Origin: Oceanococcus sp.
Lineage (GTDB): Bacteria > Pseudomonadota > Gammaproteobacteria > Nevskiales > Oceanococcaceae
Length of the DNA stretch: 64,000 nucleotides
Reading direction: 5' to 3'
Assembly (NCBI GenBank): GCA_041619555.1
Contig: JBFKDQ010000005.1
Span: forward strand, 31,004 to 95,003
The translations under genes were made by a program, and so were the position numbers. This document shows, piece by piece, positions 20,001 to 27,056 of this stretch (positions within the stretch are counted from its first letter, which is position 1; each line of letters opens with the position of its first letter). The notes beneath the pieces were generated by a model. It worked only from the letters and a program-made list of their open reading frames with translations. It did not search any database and was not told where the DNA came from.

Positions 20001-20885
20001 GGCAAACCAGATCTGTCCGCTGCGATCTTCCAGAATGTCCTGAATCAGACCGGACAGCACCCCGTTCGCGCCGGCTTCGGCACTGGGATAGTTGACGAAA
20101 CCACGCCCCTCAGGCTCCCAGCGCGATGCACCGGCATCGCTGGTGCCGATCCACAGCCGCCCCTCAGCACCGGCATGCAGGGCGTAAATCTGGTCGCTGA
20201 GCAGACTGGACGGATCGCCGGGATCATGCCGAAAAATTTCGACCGACCGCCGGTCCGCATCGATCCGGTTAAGACCATTGCGGGTGCCCACCCAGACCGC
20301 GCCATCCTCTGATTCGGCAATGGCGGTCACGAAGTTGCCGCTCAGACCGAGCGCAGCCTGACGATCGGCGACATATTCGCCAATCAAATTGCCATCCGCA
20401 TCCAGCACATACACGCCGGCGCCGCGGGTGCCTACCCAGATCGTGCCATCACGGGCGATGACCAGCGCGGTGCTCCGCCGTCGTTCGAGTTGCGCGGTCC
20501 CGGTCTTGACCAGGAACGACTGGAACTCGTCATGATCGCGGCGCCAGCGCACCACCCCGGCTTCATTGCTTGCCAGCCACAAATCGCCACGCGCATCTTC
20601 GACAATCTTCCAGATGTAATCACTGGCCAGACCATCGCTGCCAAAGCGGTCGCGGTAATAGGTCTTGACCGTATAGCCATCAAAGCGATTGAGCCCGTTC
20701 TCCGTCGCCAGCCAGATGAAGCCGTGGGAGTCCTGCAGGATGTCGAGCACCGTATTCTGGCTCAGCCCTTGGCGCACGCCTAGGCGCTCGAACACATAGG
20801 GCGCGTCATCGTTGGCCCAACCCGGCATACAGGCGAACCATAGCAAGCAGATCCCGCTGACCAGGCGCCATACACACGGAAGCAT
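17031..20885 (-). CDS. Membrane sensor c-di-GMP phosphodiesterase: signal peptide, two-component-regulator beta-propeller repeats, Y_Y_Y domain, TM helix, degenerate GGDEF, intact EAL (start 20885 or 20957)
   Basis: GLSQNTVLDILQDSHGFIWLATENGLNRFDG and many D-x-x-G-x-x-W-x-G-T blades; YSVLLEGFDRRW...YTDLDAGEYVFRVRGSNSEG; TM after APWATWW; RIEGAEF replaces RxGGDEF; EAL domain has AEALLRW, EIELTES, DDFGTGYSS, KIDR, AEGVE, QGY. Confidence 0.9.
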   Translation of the reverse strand: MLPCVWRLVSGICLLWFACMPGWANDDAPYVFERLGVRQGLSQNTVLDILQDSHGFIWLATENGLNRFDGYTVKTYYRDRFGSDGLASDYIWKIVEDARGDLWLASNEAGVVRWRRDHDEFQSFLVKTGTAQLERRRSTALVIARDGTIWVGTRGAGVYVLDADGNLIGEYVADRQAALGLSGNFVTAIAESEDGAVWVGTRNGLNRIDADRRSVEIFRHDPGDPSSLLSDQIYALHAGAEGRLWIGTSDAGASRWEPEGRGFVNYPSAEAGANGVLSGLIQDILEDRSGQIWFATQNGVSVLDPATQTFRQIRHNPADPYSLSNDYAMSIHQDANDLVWIGTRGGGVSRWNPRSWSLGARLPTWLSGAHVNAFADGPDGEIWLGTIGRGLLRLDAFGRLLGDLPLNAQVDALADARIMSLLRDRRGRIWIGTQLQGLYRYEPETGRLQGFPIGRDDPHALGSPGVMSLLESADGSIWAGTYNGGVSRIDAESGQIRRVAWGGPHTDLVTSRATALAGGPEGEIWIGTEDLGLARLNTGNGEITRFRAVAANAASLPSETIYSIHVDPRGDVWLGTAGHGVAVLGREALMSGSPVVRRFTTGNGLSSNVIYGIRADGGGQLWLSSNKGLMRLDPESRRVRVFHQEHGLFGDEFNFGAHFASRNGLLYFGGAGGYNIVDPPAVENRTAAPKLVLTQVEKFNKPAQLNVPVPRLRSLVLEHDDDVVTLEYAALDFAAPDKNLYSVLLEGFDRRWSAPSVRRSATYTDLDAGEYVFRVRGSNSEGVWSEQALELKITVLSAPWATWWAYGLYSIVVLLLLWLFLRINFKNQERKARLNQLAYYDPLTGLPNCDLFTLRAENALRQAKAKGESLAVMSVVVAIPKQITDTLGSKGKDDLLRSLVANFMRLTHDNCAEAVGQDLARIEGAEFAIFVRDDFAETYAVTLAERFNALVALPILIGEHRVPVSLSIGIATYPEHAEDIASMMKFASTAAYEQARHRKTGLLVYDKDMTARAAARLDLESRLRIAIETDQLELQYQPKYDFKGRITGAEALLRWHDQQRGWISPVEFVTLAEESDLIFDLDCWVIQRACHDLRHWLQKSGKQVRIAVNVSGVNLNDDRVVHTFAEHCRRYGIRPGVMEIELTESGLMRDMDKARQVVDDLKHKGFSIALDDFGTGYSSLTHLQNFSINTLKIDRQFVRDVDSDPDRAAICRAIVALAESLGIKTVAEGVETESQRWLLEKMGCDEFQGYLMSPAVPRDKFLELYLASTAQASEVVDPAVEALD

Positions 20886-21177
20886 TGTGTCGGCGCCATC
20901 AGTTGGTCGAGCAGATCCGCGTGGACTGCAATCTTCGGTTTGCGCAATTGAAAGCATAGAAAGGGACTGGCCGCGGCGCGGAACACAGGCCGCACGGCAA
21001 TAATAATGTTGCAGTGTAAAGCCTAGCCCGCAGAGGAACAAACAAAACCCCACAGCCCTGCAAACCCCATGCCGTTGGTCGGTGCCATCGTCTTTCTGCT
21101 GGACCTGAGCGGCAAGCTTCAGTAGGATCAGAACAAATGTCCCGTACTGCATCCGTGCTACGAAGCGAACCAGAAAA

Positions 21178-23037
21178 ATGAAAATCGCCAAACTGTTTAT
21201 TCTCTGCTCAAGCGTGGTTCTGCTTGGCGATCAGCTCAGCTCCGCCACAGCTGTTCCGCAGAGCAGCGGCCAGCAGGTTGCCGCCCAGCTGACCTATCTG
21301 GTGCAGGCCGAGACCGCAACCGCCGCCGCATCTGCGGTCAAGACCGTATCCGGCCAGATCATCAGTCAGCTCGAGGTCATCGACGCGGTCGCCGCCAGAC
21401 TGGATCCGGCGCAGGTCGACCGCCTCCGCAAGGCCGGTCTGAGGCTTCATGAAAATCGGCAGATGAAACTTGCAGGAGACCTTTCCGAGGGCTCTGCGGA
21501 AGGAAAAAACAGCATTGCTGATTACGTGGCCTGGATTCAGGCCGACCGTCTGCATGCCGAAGGCATCGACGGCAGCGGCGTCACGGTCGCGTTTCTCGAC
21601 ACCGGTGTCTGGGAGAAGGTCGCCAAGAAAGCCGAGTTTCTCGCCTGGGCGGACACCAGCGGGGATGCCACCGGCGAAGAGAACCTGGACGGAAACGCAT
21701 GGAAAAACGTCAGCGATGAGAACGGTCATGGCAGCCATGTCGCCTCGGTGGTCACCGGCAACCGCAACGAGCCCAGCGGCAAGGTGAAAGGCGTCGCCCC
21801 AGGCGCACGCTTGGTCATGGTGCGTGCCTTTGATGCCGAGGGTAGCGGCTCCTACCTAGATGTCGTTGAAGGCATCGACTGGGTTGTTCGCAACAAGGCG
21901 GCTTTGGGCATCGATGTGCTCAATCTGTCATTTGGCGCCGAGCCCATATCGTATTATTGGGAAGATCCGGTCAACCAGGCGGTGATGGCCGCATGGGCAG
22001 CCGGCATCGTCGTGGTCGCCTCCGCCGGTAATACCGGCCCGGAGCCGATGACGATCGGCGTACCCGGCAATGTGCCCTATGTCATCACAGTGGGTGCGGC
22101 GGGCGATGGCCTGACCCCGACAGACGCCAGCGACGATCATCTCAGTCACTTTTCATCGACCGGACCGACAATCGAAGGTTTCGTCAAGCCGGAACTGATT
22201 GCGCCGGGCGAATATATTCTGGCGCGCATGGATCCTGACAGTAGCATCGCGAACGAGCACTACCAGAACCCGACCGACGAAGAAAAGGCGCTGCCGGAGA
22301 CGTACTACCGCATGTCAGGCACCTCGCAGTCGGCCGCCATCGTCAGCGGTGCGGTTGCGCTGATGCTGCAGGCCGAACCCGGTTTACGCCCCGATGAAGT
22401 CAAATGCCGTCTGATGAGCAGCGCCAGAGCCGCGATGAGATCCGCAGAGTCGCCGCTGTTCTCGATCTTCCAGCAAGGCGCGGGACTGATCGATGCGTAT
22501 GCCGCGGTCTACAGTCAGGCCAATGCTTGCGCCAATATCGGCCTGGATGTCAACGCCGAACTGCGAAGCGAAGCCCATTTCGGTGGCCTTGCCGCTTTCG
22601 ATGAAAACAGCGGCGAATATTTTCTTCGCGACCCCTCCGACAGCAGTGGCAACAGCCGAATCGAAGCTGAGGCCTATACCTGGGACGGCCAGTACAGTTT
22701 CAGCCAGGGTTACACCTGGGGAGGCCATAACATGATGAGTCAGGGGTACACCTGGGGTGGTCACAACAGCTTCAGCCAGGGTTATACCTGGGGTGGCCAC
22801 AACATCACGATGAATGGCTACACCTGGGGTGGTCACAATGGCGTCAGCCTCGGCTATACCTGGGGTGGTCACAATGGCGTCAGCCTCGGCTATACCTGGG
22901 GCGGCCACAACGGCACCATCTCCGGCTACACCTGGGGCGGTCATAATGTCGCCGTCACCGGCACGGCAGAGCAAAGTTCCCAGCCGGACACCAGCATCAG
23001 CATCAATCGCTGGGTCGAGCCTGAACCCCGCCCCTAA
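21178..23037 (+). CDS. Secreted S8 (subtilisin-like) serine peptidase with C-terminal GYTWGGHN tandem repeats
   Basis: Signal peptide, short prodomain, Asp (VAFLDTG), His (ENGHGSHVAS), oxyanion Asn (ASAGN), Ser (MSGTSQS). Confidence 0.92.
   Translation: MKIAKLFILCSSVVLLGDQLSSATAVPQSSGQQVAAQLTYLVQAETATAAASAVKTVSGQIISQLEVIDAVAARLDPAQVDRLRKAGLRLHENRQMKLAGDLSEGSAEGKNSIADYVAWIQADRLHAEGIDGSGVTVAFLDTGVWEKVAKKAEFLAWADTSGDATGEENLDGNAWKNVSDENGHGSHVASVVTGNRNEPSGKVKGVAPGARLVMVRAFDAEGSGSYLDVVEGIDWVVRNKAALGIDVLNLSFGAEPISYYWEDPVNQAVMAAWAAGIVVVASAGNTGPEPMTIGVPGNVPYVITVGAAGDGLTPTDASDDHLSHFSSTGPTIEGFVKPELIAPGEYILARMDPDSSIANEHYQNPTDEEKALPETYYRMSGTSQSAAIVSGAVALMLQAEPGLRPDEVKCRLMSSARAAMRSAESPLFSIFQQGAGLIDAYAAVYSQANACANIGLDVNAELRSEAHFGGLAAFDENSGEYFLRDPSDSSGNSRIEAEAYTWDGQYSFSQGYTWGGHNMMSQGYTWGGHNSFSQGYTWGGHNITMNGYTWGGHNGVSLGYTWGGHNGVSLGYTWGGHNGTISGYTWGGHNVAVTGTAEQSSQPDTSISINRWVEPEPRP
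22672..22947 (+). repeat. 36-bp / 12-aa coding tandem repeat, 8 units (GYTWGGHNxxxx)
   Basis: Units start at 22672, 22708, 22744, 22780, 22816, 22852, 22888 and 22924. Variation in the conserved core is mostly synonymous. Units 5 and 6 differ by one base. Confidence 0.95.
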
Positions 23038-23083
23038 GAACCAATCAAGCAGCCAACCAGGCCGCTAGCTCGCATTGGCAACT

Positions 23084-23106
23084 CGCCCACCCGGCACGGG
23101 TGGGCG
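23084..23106. terminator. GC-rich hairpin downstream of the S8 gene (no U-tract; possible terminator or RNA-stability element)
   Basis: CGCCCACCCG-GCA-CGGGTGGGCG, a perfect 10-bp stem. Confidence 0.4.
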
Positions 23107-23200
23107 GCGCAGAACACGACGAATCCCAGTGTCCTGCTAGGGGGGTATCCGGGCGTATTTCGCCACTTCGGATTCCTGTCGAACCGAATTCAAGTTAGAA

Positions 23201-23216
23201 TTAAACGATCGGTTAA
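23201..23216. promoter_or_regulatory. Palindromic operator upstream of the thiolase operon (PsrA/TetR-like box)
   Basis: TTAAACGATCGGTTAA, 14/16 self-complementary, AT-rich, about 100 bp upstream of ATG 23314. Confidence 0.55.
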
Positions 23217-23313
23217 GCCGACCTCGGCCCTGCGAAGCTAATGCCTGGGTCCGGCCATTTCCCTGGCCAGGGTCCATCACACCAGCACCTCACAACTTTC
23301 AGGAGAAAACACC

Positions 23314-24498
23314 ATGTCAAACCACGAAGTCGTGGTGCTGAGCGCCGCTCGCACCGCCATCGGCACTTTCGGGGGCTCGCTCAAATCCGTGCCCCTGGCC
23401 GATCTCGCGACCACGGCCGTGAAGGAAGCCGTGAGCCGGTCCGGCGTCACCCCGAATGAGTTCGGCCACCTTGCCATGGGCACGGTGATTCCAACCACAC
23501 CGCGCGACGCCTATCTGTCCCGCATCGCCTCCATTCAGGCCGGCCTGCCCCAGGAATGCCCGGCATTCAACGTGAATCGCTTGTGCGGATCCGGCCTGCA
23601 AGCCATCGTTTCCGCGGCACAGGCGCTGATGCTGGGCGACGCCGAGGTGGCGGTCGGCGCCGGCGCTGAGTGCATGAGCCAGGGGGCCTACGGGCTGCCC
23701 AGCGGACGTTGGGGTGCGCGTATGGGCGATGCGCAGATTCTGGACTTCATGACCGGCGCCCTGCACGATCCCTTCGAAAATATCCACATGGGCATCACCG
23801 CCGAAAATGTGGCCGAACGTTACCAGATCAGCCGGGAACAGCAGGATGCCCTGGCCCTGGAAAGCCAGCAGCGCGCGGGCCGCGCGATCGCCGAAGGTCG
23901 GTTCAAGTCCCAGATCGTGCCGGTTGAAATTCGCAGCCGCAAGGGCGTCACCGTGTTCGATACGGATGAGCATGTGCGGGCCGACTCATCGCTGGAGGTG
24001 CTGTCCGGCATGCGCCCGGTTTTCAAGAAGGACGGTCTGGTCACAGCCGGCAACGCATCCGGAATCAATGACGGCGCCGCCGCGGTGGTCATGGCCACCG
24101 CGCAGGCCGCCGAACGGCTCAATGCCCGTCCGATCGCGCGGCTGCTGGGCTATGCCCATGCCGGCGTCGATCCGGCCTACATGGGCATCGGCCCGGTCCC
24201 CGCCACCCGCAAGGTCCTGCAGCGGACGGGGCTGAAGGTCGAGGATCTGGATGTGATCGAGTCCAACGAAGCATTTGCCGCACAGGCCTGTGCGGTGGTC
24301 AAGGAACTGCGACTGGACCCGGCCAAGGTCAATCCCAATGGCTCCGGCATTTCGCTTGGCCATCCGGTTGGCGCCACCGGGGCGATTATCACCACGAAGG
24401 CCCTGTACGAACTGCAACGCATTCAGGGTCGTTATGCACTGGTCACCATGTGCATTGGTGGCGGCCAGGGTATTGCGGCAATTTTCGAGCGGATCTGA
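23314..24498 (+). CDS. bktB: Acetyl-CoA C-acyltransferase (beta-ketothiolase, BktB-like)
   Basis: NRLCGSG (catalytic Cys), TAGNASGINDGAAA, NEAFA, GHPVGATG, MCIGGGQG; recognisably close to BktB; AGGAG RBS. Confidence 0.88.
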   Translation: MSNHEVVVLSAARTAIGTFGGSLKSVPLADLATTAVKEAVSRSGVTPNEFGHLAMGTVIPTTPRDAYLSRIASIQAGLPQECPAFNVNRLCGSGLQAIVSAAQALMLGDAEVAVGAGAECMSQGAYGLPSGRWGARMGDAQILDFMTGALHDPFENIHMGITAENVAERYQISREQQDALALESQQRAGRAIAEGRFKSQIVPVEIRSRKGVTVFDTDEHVRADSSLEVLSGMRPVFKKDGLVTAGNASGINDGAAAVVMATAQAAERLNARPIARLLGYAHAGVDPAYMGIGPVPATRKVLQRTGLKVEDLDVIESNEAFAAQACAVVKELRLDPAKVNPNGSGISLGHPVGATGAIITTKALYELQRIQGRYALVTMCIGGGQGIAAIFERI

Positions 24499-24501
24499 AG
24501 C

Positions 24502-25350
24502 ATGAGTATCAATCATCTGGGCGTCATCGGCGCCGGCCTGATGGGCCATGGCATTGCACAGATCGCGGCCATGGCTGGCCTCGGCGTGGTCCTCGTCGAT
24601 CTAAATGATGAAACCTTGGAGCGCGGCATGTCGAGCTTGCGCAAGAGTCTCGACAAGAGCGTCGCCAAACAGAAAATCAGCGCGGCCGATCGCGACGAGG
24701 CCCTGGCGCGTATTCGCACCACAACCAACTATGCTGACCTGGCCGGTGTCGATCTGGTGATCGAGGCCGCAACAGAGAATCTCGACATCAAACGCAAGAT
24801 TCTCCAGCAACTCGACGGCCTTCTGCCGGCCGACGCGATCATCGCCACCAATACCTCGTCGCTGTCGGTGACCGAACTGGCGGCAGCCACCGGACGACCG
24901 GAGCGCTTCGTGGGCATGCATTTCTTCAACCCGGTGCCCTTGATGAGCCTGGTCGAAATCATCAGCGGACTGCAAACCAGCGCAGCGACCCACACGGCGG
25001 CGATGGAATTTGCCCACCGGATCGGCAAGAACCCGATTGCGGTCAAGAATGCCCCCGGCTTTGCCGTAAACCGCATTCTCTGCCCGATGATCAACGAAGC
25101 CATTTTCGTTCTGCAGGAAGGGATTGCGACGGCCGAGGACATCGATGCAGGGATGAAGCTGGGCTGCAATCAACCCATCGGTCCGCTGGCGCTGGCGGAT
25201 CTGGTCGGTCTGGACACCCTGCTCAGCATCATGGAGACCTTCCACCATGAATTTGGCGACCCGAAGTACCGTCCGGCCCCCTTGCTCAGGGAACTCGTGG
25301 CGGCAGGCCATTACGGACGCAAGAACGGGCGGGGTTTCTACCGTTACTGA
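24502..25350 (+). CDS. hbd: 3-hydroxybutyryl/3-hydroxyacyl-CoA dehydrogenase
   Basis: GAGLMGHGIA, IEAATE, TNTSSLS, GMHFFNP, PGFAVNRI, PIGPLALADLVGLD motifs. Confidence 0.9.
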   Translation: MSINHLGVIGAGLMGHGIAQIAAMAGLGVVLVDLNDETLERGMSSLRKSLDKSVAKQKISAADRDEALARIRTTTNYADLAGVDLVIEAATENLDIKRKILQQLDGLLPADAIIATNTSSLSVTELAAATGRPERFVGMHFFNPVPLMSLVEIISGLQTSAATHTAAMEFAHRIGKNPIAVKNAPGFAVNRILCPMINEAIFVLQEGIATAEDIDAGMKLGCNQPIGPLALADLVGLDTLLSIMETFHHEFGDPKYRPAPLLRELVAAGHYGRKNGRGFYRY

Positions 25351-25364
25351 TCTGCAGGCAGGTC

Positions 25365-25394
25365 CTGGCGGGCCTTAAGAGTGAGGCCCGCCAG
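25365..25394. terminator. Hairpin after the thiolase/hbd operon (no U-tract)
   Basis: CTGGCGGGCCT-TAAGAGTG-AGGCCCGCCAG, an 11-bp stem 15 bp after the stop. Confidence 0.5.
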
Positions 25395-25474
25395 CTGTGG
25401 TTCCTACGCGAGATGTCACTGGCGGCCATTGGGTCTAGACTGAGTTTGAATCCAGAGCCGAAAACCCGCCAGAA

Positions 25475-26509
25475 ATGAAGCCACCCGCGCCTACAGCCGA
25501 CGAAACCGAGCGCCTCGAAGCGCTTGCCAGCCTGCATATCCTCTATTCGCCAGCCGAAGCACGTTTCGATCGCATCACCCAGCTGGCACAAAAGATATTC
25601 GATGTCCCCATCGCCCTGATCAGTCTGGTCACCAGCGACTGCCAGTGGTTCAAGTCCGCGCAGGGACTTCTCGCCGAGCAGACGCCGCGGACCGTATCCT
25701 TCTGCGGGCATGCCATCCATCAAGACCAGTGTTTCCTCGTTGAGGATGCTTCGACCCATCCGGATTTTCAGGATAATCCACTGGTTGCAGGCGCGCCGCA
25801 CATCCGCTTCTACGCAGGCCAGCCAGTGCGCTATGCCAATCGCCGCATCGGCACCCTCTGCCTGATTGACCGGCGCCCCCGCAAGCTGGAAGAAATCGAT
25901 CTTCAGACCCTACGCAATCTCGCCGAATGGGTGGAAAACGAGCTGAAAGTCACCGCGATGAGTACGCCCCAGACGCTCTTGCTGGCCGAGCTTAACAATC
26001 AAGGGCGACGCCTGCTGGTGGATTCCGCGAGTGGCTGCTGGAATCGCCGTGCTGCCGAAATCCTGGTGCCGCGCGAGTTGGGCGCCTGTGATCCGGAGGC
26101 TCGGATCACCGCAATTGAGGCGTACTGGATGCAGGATGAAGAACTGCCAGAATCTTCCGGCCCGGTGGTCCCGTTGAAAGCCATTGCCAGAGCTCTGCGC
26201 GATGTCATCGCGGCGGAAGATCTGATCGTGCAGCTTGGCGCCGACCGCTTTCTGCTGCTCTCGCTGCACCTGGACTCCCCGGGTGCGCAAGCGCTGGTCA
26301 CACGACTGGAACAGCGCCTGCGGGGCGTGCTGCGGACCTGCGCTGCGGACTCGACATTGGGCGCACTGATCTTGCGTGGCTTTTCAGGTCCGCTTGAACG
26401 GGATCTGAACCTGGCCCAGATTGAGTCCCGCTGCCATGCTGCCGAAAAAGCCGCCAGCGCAGATTGTGGCGCGCTGTATTTTCGGCTGCAGACACCAGAC
26501 CGCGCATAG
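25475..26509 (+). CDS. GAF sensor domain fused to a degenerate GGDEF-like domain
   Basis: ETERLEALASLHIL, FDRITQLA, SFCGHAI, HIRFYAGQP, IGTLCLID (GAF); C-terminal GCWNRR...QLGADRF in place of RxGGDEF. Confidence 0.75.
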   Translation: MKPPAPTADETERLEALASLHILYSPAEARFDRITQLAQKIFDVPIALISLVTSDCQWFKSAQGLLAEQTPRTVSFCGHAIHQDQCFLVEDASTHPDFQDNPLVAGAPHIRFYAGQPVRYANRRIGTLCLIDRRPRKLEEIDLQTLRNLAEWVENELKVTAMSTPQTLLLAELNNQGRRLLVDSASGCWNRRAAEILVPRELGACDPEARITAIEAYWMQDEELPESSGPVVPLKAIARALRDVIAAEDLIVQLGADRFLLLSLHLDSPGAQALVTRLEQRLRGVLRTCAADSTLGALILRGFSGPLERDLNLAQIESRCHAAEKAASADCGALYFRLQTPDRA

Positions 26510-26596
26510 GGTCCAGCCGTCCATGCCGCTTGCGGGCCCACTCGTCAGGCCATCCCTGCGCCGTCCGCTGAACTCACCGGCCCGGCCTCACCGCGC

Positions 26597-26872
26597 TCAG
26601 CGCCGCCAGATTTCGATGAACAGCATGCAAAGAAGATAGATACAGAACAGCATGTCCATGAGCACCAAAGTGCCCGCTTCAAAGGGATCATCGCTGTGAA
26701 TATTGGTATGGCGGAAGCTCCAGACCCCGAGATACATCAGCGTGCCATGCACGACCAGACGCCATTTCTGCCGCCGCGCCTCCTGCATTCTTTGCGCAGC
26801 CATGGCCCGTGCCTTGGCCTCTCTGCCCTTGTTGCCAAGTCTCCGCGGCGTGCGCGGATCGATATACACCAT
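26597..26872 (-). CDS. Small hypothetical membrane protein (two hydrophobic segments)
   Basis: Fills the gap between the GAF gene and the TonB receptor; basic N-terminus then VVHGTLMYLGVWSF and GTLVLMDMLFCIYLLCMLFIEIW helices; GGAGG upstream. Confidence 0.4.
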   Translation of the reverse strand: MVYIDPRTPRRLGNKGREAKARAMAAQRMQEARRQKWRLVVHGTLMYLGVWSFRHTNIHSDDPFEAGTLVLMDMLFCIYLLCMLFIEIWRR

Positions 26873-27056
26873 GCCTCCCCCGTGTGCTGACATGCTTGCT
26901 GCCCCCGCTCAAGTCTACCGTGAGCGCTACGGCACAGTCTGCCCGGACGCATTGCCGCTAGGCCTTTGCGGTAATTTTGGGCATCATCACCCGGCAAGCT
27001 GCATGGGGATCCGGCTTGCTCGGTACATCACCGGTCATTGGGAGACCACCATCAAC

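Noticed and set aside
20958-21191. N-terminal extension of the EAL sensor ORF to 21191
   Set aside because: It would overlap the divergent S8 start and leave no promoter space; the signal-peptide-like segment starts near 20885.
22672-22947. 36-bp periodic array with a conserved 24-bp part and variable 12-bp part, superficially CRISPR-like
   Set aside because: It is in frame within the S8 gene, varies at synonymous positions, the variable parts are far too short for spacers, and no cas genes are present.
26895-27050. GCTGCCCCCGC upstream of a TonB receptor, reminiscent of a cobalamin riboswitch
   Set aside because: The following AACTGT, the upstream GGGAA and the AGYCAG elements are missing; an Infernal scan would settle it.
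26703-27056. Long N-terminal extension of the TonB receptor ORF (similar over-long starts at 40749, 34401, 32365, 60300 and 61630)
   Set aside because: Downstream starts have an RBS or stop-start coupling and match family N-termini; the extensions overlap neighbouring genes.
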